Shown: one piece after another, positions 26,768 through 34,630 of the stretch
Position numbering within the stretch: the stretch's first letter is position 1
How the letters are laid out: every line of letters starts with the position of its first letter
Notes under the pieces: model-generated
What the model saw: only the letters and a program-made list of their open reading frames with translations
Databases searched by the model: none
What the model was told of the DNA's origin: nothing
Assembly (NCBI GenBank): GCA_964365915.1
Contig: CAYIRJ010000004.1
Location: 1 to 47,359, forward strand
DNA length: 47,359 nucleotides
Direction of reading: 5' to 3'
DNA from: Candidatus Woesearchaeota archaeon
GTDB lineage: Archaea > Nanobdellota > Nanobdellia > SCGC-AAA011-G17 > DATDVL01
Program-made: the position numbers and the translations under genes

Positions 26768-26808
26768 TACTTAATAACTAGAATATTTAAGAAAGAAAAT
26801 TGTTGAAA

Positions 26809-27012
26809 TCAATTAACCTTCTTTTCTAATTTATTCTGCTCTTCTAATTTCTTCTGCTCTGCTTCCAAATCCACGCCTAAGTCTTTCAATGCATTCAGAT
26901 GCGCTTGAATCAATTGCTCAGTAATTGCAACCATTCTCAATAATTCCTGGCGCTCTTTTGCCAAGGTTGTTAATGATCCTTTATGGAAACCCACTTGTTC
27001 TGCTTTGTCCAT
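26809..27012 (-). CDS. small coiled-coil protein (67 aa), hypothetical
   Basis: ORF with heptad-like charged sequence (..LEAEQKKLEEQNKLEKK). No family recognised. Confidence 0.4.
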   Translation of the reverse strand: MDKAEQVGFHKGSLTTLAKERQELLRMVAITEQLIQAHLNALKDLGVDLEAEQKKLEEQNKLEKKVN

Positions 27013-27063
27013 GAAAAAAAGCAGGACAGAAACTATTTAAGGCTTCTTTTTTATTATCCTCTC

Positions 27064-27441
27064 ATGCACCTTATGGAATCTTATCCTGTAACGATTACTG
27101 CTTCCCTTGATGAAGAGCTACAGCATACAACAACTGCAAGCTTTGCAGGCTATCAACCTGATAATATTGAACGTGATGAGGATGGATTCTTACGGGTATT
27201 TCTGAACAGTTATCAAATAGGAGACACGGAAACGTTAGGATTTATGAACTGGTATTCTCCTGAAAAAGTTGTCTTCATTAATGCAGATAAAGTAAGAACG
27301 CAGCCCGCGCTTGAATGGATTGTGTTGCATGAAAAAGGGCATACTTTGCATACGAATGAATTAACAAACAGAAGACACACCTATACTTACAATAACTATG
27401 CCATGCGTTCTCCTGAATTGATTCTTTCGGGAACGTACTAA
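27064..27441 (+). CDS. putative small zinc metallopeptidase (HExxH)
   Basis: Contains IVLHEKGHTLH. TATA TATTTAAG (27034-27041) lies about 27 nt upstream of ATG 27064. The ORF-track start at 26983 would overlap the divergent gene. Confidence 0.45.
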   Translation: MHLMESYPVTITASLDEELQHTTTASFAGYQPDNIERDEDGFLRVFLNSYQIGDTETLGFMNWYSPEKVVFINADKVRTQPALEWIVLHEKGHTLHTNELTNRRHTYTYNNYAMRSPELILSGTY

Positions 27442-27662
27442 GGCCTTCTGAAAAAGATCAGCATGAGAATAAAAATAATTATTGCAAGTATCCAGAGTAC
27501 GAAAAATATTTTTTTGTTGCCAAAACCAAACAACGGAATCGGGCCGAGAAAGATTCCTCCGGAAGCCTGCACATTATTTTTATTTTGCTGCAAAGATCCC
27601 ACAATAATAAGAAGGAGAGCAATGAACAATAAGATTATTCCGATATTGAACAAATTTGTCAT
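27438..27662 (-). CDS. small two-TM membrane protein (DUF131/TIGR00304-like)
   Basis: 74 aa. Two hydrophobic helices flank GGIFLGPIPLFGFG. Confidence 0.5.
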   Translation of the reverse strand: MTNLFNIGIILLFIALLLIIVGSLQQNKNNVQASGGIFLGPIPLFGFGNKKIFFVLWILAIIIFILMLIFFRRP

Positions 27663-27706
27663 GTCTTTTTCGCGGATAAATAACCATATAAACTTTTAGA
27701 AAAAAA

Positions 27707-27988
27707 TTACTCAGGATTAGGCATTAAGTCTGCAGGTGATGTGTGACCAATATTAATGAGCAGATCCACGCTTTTCAGATAAGCAGGATAGTCGCAGGAA
27801 CCCCAATTCGTGTCTAGCCAGATGACTATCTTTGCTTTTGTTTTCTTTCCTAGATAATCAGCAATAGCAGTGGCATAGGGCTTCAACCCATCTGCCAACT
27901 GGATACAGACTGTTCTCGCTTTCTCTTTTTTGATGCGCGCAATGATTTCCGGCCATTCCAAATCATATCCCTTGATGTGAGGTTGCAT
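27707..27988 (-). pseudogene. dph2: N-terminal remnant (93 aa) of diphthamide synthase Dph2
   Basis: ..ARTVCIQLADGLKPYATAIADYL...IVIWLDTNWGSCDYPAYLKSVDLLINIGHTS aligns with the first ~90 aa of archaeal Dph2 (~330-340 aa), including the first Fe-S cysteine. The remaining two thirds are absent. Confidence 0.65.
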
Positions 27989-28028
27989 ATTTCCTTCAAG
28001 CAGTGAGCGCTTTTATTTGTATCGGAAT

Positions 28029-28043
28029 CCTTTTATATAAATT
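28029..28043 (+). promoter_or_regulatory. TATA box (CCTTTTATATAAATT) for the AbrB-PhoU gene
   Basis: Centre lies about 24 nt upstream of ATG 28060. Confidence 0.4.
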
Positions 28044-28059
28044 CCTACAAGAAATATAT

Positions 28060-28974
28060 ATGCAGCGCAAGGTTGCCAAGATTGGGCCAAGCACGTTGAT
28101 GGTCAGCCTGCCCACGCAATGGGTAAAAAAGCACGGCATCAACAAAGGAGATGTGGTGAATGTGCTGGAGGATGGCGATAAATTAACCATCAATCTCGGA
28201 ACGCATACCCCTACAGAAAAGAGCGCAACACTTTCTGTCGAAGGACTTGATGTCATGCTGAGCAGGGCTATTGCTGGATATTATAAAAAAGGCTACTCTG
28301 AAATCAAGATTGTTTGCGATTCCCACAAAAAGCTTGCTGATGTCTATCAAGCATTAAATGTGCACTGGACAGGCATGGAAATTGTGGAACAAGGAGCTTC
28401 TCACATTTTGCTCCGTCAGGTTAGCGAGGTTACTAAGGAAAGTTTTCCTGCCATGCTTAACCGCGCCTTCCTTTTTTTGATTGCGACGAGTGATGCGTCC
28501 TGCCATGCGCTTACGTCTGGGAATAAAGAATCCTTACGGATGGTGGTTGCACGCGATCCTACACAAAATAAGTACTGTGATTTCTGCAGGAGAGTGCTGA
28601 ACAAAGAATCGATCACCGGAGCACCCATGATTTACTACATTGTGGAACAGCTTGAGCGGATGGGGGATTTGTATCGCGATCTTTGCAAGCATTTTCTGGA
28701 ACATCCCGCGAAGCTGAAAAAACATACTGCACTCTTCCAAGAGGCGCATGCATTGCTGCAACAGTTCTATACTCTTTATTACCGGTTTACTCTGGAACGC
28801 TATGAAACTCTGGGAACTTCCTTTAAAACATTGCAGAAGAGGATTGAAGATGCTCTTTCCCCTGCGGATAAACAAGATGTTTTCTTTCTGATGTATCTGC
28901 ACCAGATTGCAGAAGCCATTTTTGATATCAATGGTGCTGCACTGGTTCTTAACCTAGAAACACGGAAGGATTGA
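28060..28974 (+). CDS. AbrB/SpoVT-domain plus PhoU-domain regulator
   Basis: MQRKVAKIGPSTLMVSLPTQWVKKHGINKGDVVNV is an AbrB swapped hairpin. The later IVEQLERMGDLYRDLCKH is PhoU-like. The ORF-track start at 28003 lies upstream of the TATA box. Confidence 0.75.
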   Translation: MQRKVAKIGPSTLMVSLPTQWVKKHGINKGDVVNVLEDGDKLTINLGTHTPTEKSATLSVEGLDVMLSRAIAGYYKKGYSEIKIVCDSHKKLADVYQALNVHWTGMEIVEQGASHILLRQVSEVTKESFPAMLNRAFLFLIATSDASCHALTSGNKESLRMVVARDPTQNKYCDFCRRVLNKESITGAPMIYYIVEQLERMGDLYRDLCKHFLEHPAKLKKHTALFQEAHALLQQFYTLYYRFTLERYETLGTSFKTLQKRIEDALSPADKQDVFFLMYLHQIAEAIFDINGAALVLNLETRKD

Positions 28975-30595
28975 TACTTTCTTCAAATGATTTATTTAAT
29001 TCTGGATATGTTTCAGCAATTGCACGCTTGGTTCCTACATAGATACGCTCTATTCTTTCTTTATCTTCAGGCTTGCGGCGCTCTGACAGTGCAGCAAGCT
29101 GACACAACGAGTTTTGAATGGTAATATTCTTCCACGTATCTATCCAAAGCTGATAATCGCGAGCAGGAAAATATTTTTTCCATTCGTTCCATGCATGCTG
29201 CAAGAGTTCATTACGCTGACCTGGACGGGCAGCCATGAATGCAGCAATGTCGTGCAAAGAATCGGAACGTCCACCGGTCTCCCAGTCAATGACATATCCC
29301 CCTTCCAAAACGTTTGATTCTGCAGCATCACGATGCGCAAGCACTTCAATCCCTAACAGATTACGAAGCTTCGCAAGATTTTCCAATTTTCTTTCGTACT
29401 GGTCCAAAAATTCCTGCTGCCTTGAATGCTGCAACCTTCTCCTGCACCTTCTCTTAAATTCATCTTGATAATCATGCACCGGCTCATCAGGAAAATGCTC
29501 TTGGTACGGGCCTGTTCCTGCTGCCATCAACTTGATGAGATGGGTAATGCCTTGCTTGAAATCATTTAAGTTATTTTCTGCACATTGGTTCAAAGTTTTT
29601 TTGTTTACTCGACGCGTTACAAGAATATACTCCTCCCCATATGGAAAACTGCTCAACGGATCTTCGCATGGCACCTGTTCAATATTCAGTACACCATAGC
29701 GTTGTATATATGCATCTCGCTGCAAACTGGCTATTGCTTCCTCTCGCTTCAATGCTTTTGGATCAATACTACGCTTGAAGAAATAACTATCTTTAGTGAA
29801 AAGATTCTCTTTGCATTCTAACAATACATGTGTCTTGCGGGATTGTGTAACTTTAGCTAATCGTGCAGGATTCTCTAAGATCTTTTCCAATGAAGAACGA
29901 AAATGCTGCTGTGCACGTTTGTATTCTCCCAGAGAACGACAAAAAATTCCTGCCAATAATTCAAGATTTACCGTGTTCTCAGGATATTTCTTAGGAAGCG
30001 ACTCGACTATTCGATGTGCAAGGTAATACCAACCCGATCTTTGATACATATCAAACCGCATAATATCCTTTCTTAATGTCCCACGGAAAGGAAATCCCAA
30101 CCATCCCAACAACGGCAGCATATATTCTGCAAATGTTTTAATATTATCATATTTTTTTTGGTTTTGGATCTTTTGTGCAGTATACAAAAAATATTGATCA
30201 TATCTCTGATTGAGGAACGCTTCCTTTGCACATAGGTCCAAATAAATAGTTGGATTATTTGTTTGTTCTTTTATTGTATCGATTTTTTCAAGGATTTTCT
30301 TTTTTTTCCCAAAAACAGTTTTCGCAAGAGGGAGTATTCCCGTTTTTGGTTCTGCACTTGTTAAGAAGCAAGATGTCATGAACGTCCCACCAAAAAAGCC
30401 CAAAAAAAACAAACGAAGATGATCTTCAATAGGTAGATCTATGTCTGATAACCAATATCGTATTCCTCCATAGATAACTGCGCCCCCTCCTATGGAAAGA
30501 CCATTCATTTCTTTTACCCATTTTTGATGCTTTCGTAATCTCTCCTCAAGCGTTTGTTCCTGATACATCAACTTTTTCTCGTTTTTGAAATTCAA
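28949..30595 (-). CDS. membrane-anchored protein with a C-terminal APH/choline-kinase-like phosphotransferase domain
   Basis: 548 aa. N-terminal hydrophobic helices (GLSIGGGAVIYGGIRYWL, FFLGFFGGTFMTSCFL) and C-terminal LAHRDAAESNVLEGGYVIDWETGG (HxDxxxxN, IDWE). Confidence 0.6.
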   Translation of the reverse strand: MNFKNEKKLMYQEQTLEERLRKHQKWVKEMNGLSIGGGAVIYGGIRYWLSDIDLPIEDHLRLFFLGFFGGTFMTSCFLTSAEPKTGILPLAKTVFGKKKKILEKIDTIKEQTNNPTIYLDLCAKEAFLNQRYDQYFLYTAQKIQNQKKYDNIKTFAEYMLPLLGWLGFPFRGTLRKDIMRFDMYQRSGWYYLAHRIVESLPKKYPENTVNLELLAGIFCRSLGEYKRAQQHFRSSLEKILENPARLAKVTQSRKTHVLLECKENLFTKDSYFFKRSIDPKALKREEAIASLQRDAYIQRYGVLNIEQVPCEDPLSSFPYGEEYILVTRRVNKKTLNQCAENNLNDFKQGITHLIKLMAAGTGPYQEHFPDEPVHDYQDEFKRRCRRRLQHSRQQEFLDQYERKLENLAKLRNLLGIEVLAHRDAAESNVLEGGYVIDWETGGRSDSLHDIAAFMAARPGQRNELLQHAWNEWKKYFPARDYQLWIDTWKNITIQNSLCQLAALSERRKPEDKERIERIYVGTKRAIAETYPELNKSFEESINPSVFLG

Positions 30596-30612
30596 AAATT
30601 TTTCGCCAAAAA

Positions 30613-30625
30613 GCTTATATAAACC
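30613..30625. promoter_or_regulatory. single palindromic TATA element (GCTTATATAAACC) between divergent genes
   Basis: Lies about 24 nt from the minus-strand ATG 30595 and about 26 nt from the plus-strand ATG 30645. Confidence 0.4.
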
Positions 30626-30644
30626 CTTTTTAACTGACTTGATT

Positions 30645-32486
30645 ATGGCGAAGAAAACACCTGACGCACCTTCTTCTCAACCTGATTTGGCTTCCAAGCT
30701 TCCAGAACTGCCTGATGCAGTGAAACAGCGCTTTGAAGAAGTCAAGAAAAAACTAGAAACTTTTAAAGATAAGACCTTAGAAAAATTTGACAAATATATT
30801 CTGGGCATTTCATTATTGCCGCCAGAGAAACAGCCTTTTGAAGGTCCCCCTCCTGCGGCTGCAACACCTCCTCCCGGACCTGAACAGAAAAGTGATGAAC
30901 TGAACATTCTTGTCTTGATAAATGATAGTGACAGTGAGAAAATGAGCAAGTTTGAGCTGCGGGAAAAAATGTTTACTGTTCTTGACAAGATTGCTGCGGA
31001 CATTGACAAAAGCTTCAAGCCTGAAGTGATGCTGCTGACAGAACTGCGCGAAAGTTTGTATGACGCGAAATATGAAATTTTGCGACTTATCGGCATGAGC
31101 GCTCCTATTTACGATCCCAAGGATCTGCTTGCTGCACTCAGGATCAGCGAAGTGCACAAAAGCATGGTCATCAAGAAATTTGAGAAATATGTGGTGAGCT
31201 ATGTTGCTGTGGGAAGCTTGTTTAGAGGAGATGCAAAGAGCAATGACATTGACGTTGCGGTGATCATTGATGATACTGATGTGAAAAAGATGAGCAGGGC
31301 AGAGCTGAGAGACAAGCTTGGAGCAATCATCAGAAGCATGGGATACGAGGCTTCTTCCATTACTGGAGTGAAAAAGAGCTTTCACATTCAAGTATACATC
31401 TTAACTGACTATTGGGAAAGCATCAAGGAAGCGAATCCCGTAATCTTTACGTTCTTGAGAGATGGCGTGCCGCTCTATGACCGAGGGACGTTCATGCCCT
31501 GGAAACTGCTGTTGGAACAGGGAAGAATTCGACCCAGCCCGGAAGCCATTGACTTGTTCATGGACATGGGAAAACGGCTGATTGAGAGGGCAAAAGGAAG
31601 GATGATTGGTATTGTTGCAGAAGATATTTACTATGCAGCCTTGAATCCGAGTCAGGCTGCGTTGATGCTGTATGGCATTCCTCCTCCTACGCCGAAGGAA
31701 ACGGTGAAACTGCTGGAGGATATTTTTGTGAAGAAAGAAAAATTACTGGAAATGAAGTATGTCAACACGCTTGAAAAGATCAGGAAGTGCTACAAGGACA
31801 TTGAGCATGGCACGATCAAGGACATTACGGGAAAAGAAATTGACCAGATGCTGCAGGAGACTGAGGATTATTTGAAGAGGATTGATCATTTGTTCAAGCA
31901 GATTGAGAAGCAGGCTGACAAGAAAGCAGTTGAGGAATTTTACAGCACTTTTGCTAAGGCGGTAAATGATGTTCTTGCTACTGAAAACATTATTGCCAAC
32001 AAAGACTTGGAAAAGGACTTCAAGCTGCTTGTCAAGAAAAACATCATTCCCAAGACCTTTGAAAAAAATCTTGAAGCTGTTGTTGGGCTGAAAAAGAAAA
32101 AATTAACGCGCTTTGAACAGAACAAAGTCATTCGTGAGAATACTTTTTTGATCCGCATCTTGTTTGAACATATCCAACGGAAAAAGGCGCTGGAGCTGGA
32201 ACGGGCAAAGATACGGGTGAAATACGGGGAGAAGTTTGCAGATGTTTACTTATTGGATAAGGTGGCTTATCTGGTGGAGGATGCGGATGGAACGGAAAAA
32301 CGCATCAACAAGGCTCTCTTGACTAAGGAAGGGGGATTAGAAAACATCCAGGAAAGTAACTTAAATGAACTGGAGACGGCATTGACTGCAGTGCCGATTC
32401 CCCAGAAGGTGTTCATCAAGGAAAAGATCTTTGAAGACTTAAGAAAATTGTATGGCGAAGATATTGAGATTGCTGTCGGACGATAA
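30645..32486 (+). CDS. large nucleotidyltransferase (Pol-beta superfamily) protein with a degenerate N-terminal NTase repeat and a helical C-terminal region
   Basis: GSLFRGDAKSNDIDVAVIIDD is the NTase G-S...D-x-D motif. An earlier degenerate copy reads LNILVLINDSDSEKMSKFELREKM. The segment ..LLEQGRIRPSPEAI..YGIPPPTPKE is paralogous to 42354-43166. The likely start is ATG 30645. Confidence 0.65.
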   Translation: MAKKTPDAPSSQPDLASKLPELPDAVKQRFEEVKKKLETFKDKTLEKFDKYILGISLLPPEKQPFEGPPPAAATPPPGPEQKSDELNILVLINDSDSEKMSKFELREKMFTVLDKIAADIDKSFKPEVMLLTELRESLYDAKYEILRLIGMSAPIYDPKDLLAALRISEVHKSMVIKKFEKYVVSYVAVGSLFRGDAKSNDIDVAVIIDDTDVKKMSRAELRDKLGAIIRSMGYEASSITGVKKSFHIQVYILTDYWESIKEANPVIFTFLRDGVPLYDRGTFMPWKLLLEQGRIRPSPEAIDLFMDMGKRLIERAKGRMIGIVAEDIYYAALNPSQAALMLYGIPPPTPKETVKLLEDIFVKKEKLLEMKYVNTLEKIRKCYKDIEHGTIKDITGKEIDQMLQETEDYLKRIDHLFKQIEKQADKKAVEEFYSTFAKAVNDVLATENIIANKDLEKDFKLLVKKNIIPKTFEKNLEAVVGLKKKKLTRFEQNKVIRENTFLIRILFEHIQRKKALELERAKIRVKYGEKFADVYLLDKVAYLVEDADGTEKRINKALLTKEGGLENIQESNLNELETALTAVPIPQKVFIKEKIFEDLRKLYGEDIEIAVGR

Positions 32487-32540
32487 CCTGCTTAGAAGTT
32501 ATCACCATCGCTTGCCTTCTTTCCCTTTTTTGTTCAGCGA

Positions 32541-32918
32541 TCACCACATAAATACTAAATCTTCTGCTGTTTTCCTTATCCGATCCATCAGCTCCCTTCG
32601 CTCTTTTCTCTCAGTAATAGGTTCAAAAAAGGAAACACGTGACTGATCATTTTTCCTCGGTTGATAAAACGGATAGGGTAATTTATTTTCCTTTTCCCTT
32701 GACCCTTTATAGTATCCTAAAATCACCCGGTAATTGGCATTGAGCATTATTGATTCTTTGGGATCCTTTCCTAACTCTCTTAAGAATGCTTCCTTTTGTG
32801 ATTGCGCAACATATTCTGGAAAACTTGAACCGGGAAGAGTTAGAACGATGACTTCTTTATTTTTATAAATTATTCTTTCTAAGTGTTCATCCTTTTTATG
32901 GCAGTAATGTATGATCAT
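32541..32918 (-). CDS. hypothetical protein (125 aa)
   Basis: Long ORF downstream of 32950-33705 on the same strand. No family recognised. Confidence 0.45.
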   Translation of the reverse strand: MIIHYCHKKDEHLERIIYKNKEVIVLTLPGSSFPEYVAQSQKEAFLRELGKDPKESIMLNANYRVILGYYKGSREKENKLPYPFYQPRKNDQSRVSFFEPITERKERRELMDRIRKTAEDLVFMW

Positions 32919-32949
32919 TTTTTTCTTGCTTTATCAAAAGGAAACATCT

Positions 32950-33705
32950 TCATTGCTTTACCACCTTGAGCAACCCTTCCATGCGCTCCACCAAACCCCC
33001 AACATTCGCTTGCGTATATGGCTCTTCATGATATCCAATAAGCAACTGCAATATTGAAGATTCCTTTTCAGCGAATGAAGTGATGTGGAATCTCTTTCCT
33101 TGGCTCCCTTCTATAAACACTTGAGGTGTGCCTGATCTGTAGGTCCAGTCATGAACATCCTCTCCATACGTGTAGGCATTCACTATTCTTCCTGGTAATT
33201 GCATGCAGAGAACTCCTTTGATCATACGTGTTATTGCTGCGGGGCGATCTGCTGCATATTTGATCGTTACATTCTCTCTGTGTTCATCTTTTGTATTATG
33301 AAGGTAGCGTTCTAATTCTTGCGCATTCTTAATTAGCACAGGTCGTTGTTTCGCCTCTTCTGCAACATTGGTAAGACGGTACTCCAGACCCAGCCATCCT
33401 CTCGCAACCTTGATGGGACTGCATTCCTGTATATAGAGGACACCATTAAAATGCTTAGTGAATGCTTCTTGAATGCATCTATCGGAAGGAATGGTGGGAC
33501 AGGGATAAAATATTTCTTGTATTACGCGCATCTCATGCAGTGCTGCGCCATATTGTCGATGTTGCCATACTACTCCTTGCATGTGCTGGAGCTGTTGTCC
33601 CAATATATTCATTCCCATGATCTTGATTGGTTCATTCCTTCTTTTAAATCTTTCTATTAATGTCACTTTAGAGTAATTATTATAATCTTCTCGTCTCTTG
33701 GGCAA
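32950..33705 (-). CDS. hypothetical protein (up to 251 aa; start uncertain)
   Basis: Long ORF. The codon at 33705 is TTG; the first in-frame ATG is at 33618. No family recognised. Confidence 0.5.
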   Translation of the reverse strand: MPKRREDYNNYSKVTLIERFKRRNEPIKIMGMNILGQQLQHMQGVVWQHRQYGAALHEMRVIQEIFYPCPTIPSDRCIQEAFTKHFNGVLYIQECSPIKVARGWLGLEYRLTNVAEEAKQRPVLIKNAQELERYLHNTKDEHRENVTIKYAADRPAAITRMIKGVLCMQLPGRIVNAYTYGEDVHDWTYRSGTPQVFIEGSQGKRFHITSFAEKESSILQLLIGYHEEPYTQANVGGLVERMEGLLKVVKQ

Positions 33706-33706
33706 A

Positions 33707-33718
33707 GTTTTTTAAACC
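33707..33718 (+). promoter_or_regulatory. TATA box (GTTTTTTAAACC) for rpl35ae
   Basis: Centre lies about 26 nt upstream of ATG 33738. Confidence 0.4.
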
Positions 33719-33737
33719 TTTTTTGACAGTTACGATT

Positions 33738-33995
33738 ATGGCACAAGCATTAATTACCCAGTTCCGTAGAGGAAAAACCACAAAACAAGAACGGCAAATG
33801 CTCATTTGTATTACCGGCGTAGATAAAAAGAAGGCTGTAGGTTACTTAGGTAAGCAAGTCGTCTGGAAAAGCACTGCAGGAAAAGAAATCAAGGGTATGA
33901 TCAGCAGAATCCATGGCAATAAGGGAGTGATGAGTGTTATTTTCGAGAAAGGCATGCCTGGCCAGGCCATTGGCACAGCAGTAGAGGTGCAATAA
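33738..33995 (+). CDS. rpl35ae: 50S ribosomal protein L35Ae (eL33)
   Basis: MAQALITQFRRGKTTKQERQMLI..GKQVVWKS.AGKEIKGMISRIHGNKGVMSVIFEKGMPGQAIG. The ORF-track start at 33723 is TTG. Confidence 0.85.
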   Translation: MAQALITQFRRGKTTKQERQMLICITGVDKKKAVGYLGKQVVWKSTAGKEIKGMISRIHGNKGVMSVIFEKGMPGQAIGTAVEVQ

Positions 33996-33996
33996 T

Positions 33997-34551
33997 ATGG
34001 CAGGATTACGACCCGCGCATTGCTATACTGAAATTAAGCGTGCGTACACCAGAAAAAGCAAGTTCAAAAGCAAGGGATATGTCAAGGCAGCACCGAATTC
34101 CAAGATTGTGAAATACTTCTTTGGCGATGTTACAAAAAATTTCAGCCATCAGCTGGATTTTGTTGCAATAGTTCCTGTGCAAATTCGGCATAATGCATTG
34201 GAAAGCGTGCGCCAGATTGTGAACAGGAGATTAAGCATTGATATTGGGAAGAATTACCGCCTAATTATTCGAGGGCATCCCCATCATGTGCTGCGCGAGC
34301 ATAAAATGTTAACGGGAGCGGGTGCAGACCGCATGAGCCCGGGAATGGCCCATGCCTTTGGAAGGCCTATTGGACTAGCAGTGCAAGCAAAGAGAGGCAA
34401 AGTGCTGATGAGTATATGGGTGGACAAATCTGATATTGAGAAAGCGAAATACGCGTACAGCAAGGCCTTTCCCCGATTGCCAGGACGATGGAATGTGGTT
34501 GTAACAGACATTGTAAAAATTCCTGAAATTACTTCCTTTCCAAGCAGATAA
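33997..34551 (+). CDS. rpl10e: 50S ribosomal protein L10e (uL16)
   Basis: MAGLRPAHCYTEIKRAYTRKSKFKSKGYVKAAPNSKI. Confidence 0.9.
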   Translation: MAGLRPAHCYTEIKRAYTRKSKFKSKGYVKAAPNSKIVKYFFGDVTKNFSHQLDFVAIVPVQIRHNALESVRQIVNRRLSIDIGKNYRLIIRGHPHHVLREHKMLTGAGADRMSPGMAHAFGRPIGLAVQAKRGKVLMSIWVDKSDIEKAKYAYSKAFPRLPGRWNVVVTDIVKIPEITSFPSR

Positions 34552-34630
34552 AAAGAATTCTGAATTTTTGATTATTTTCTACTCTTATTCTGTTGTCTTT
34601 AAGACCTATATCTTTTTATAGATAATTTTT

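Noticed and set aside
26983-27063. Longest-ORF start for the HExxH protein, and similar 5' extensions at 28003-28059, 30585-30644 and 33723-33737.
   Set aside because: These extensions overlap divergent genes or the gene's own TATA box. Internal ATGs sit at leaderless distance from the TATA elements.
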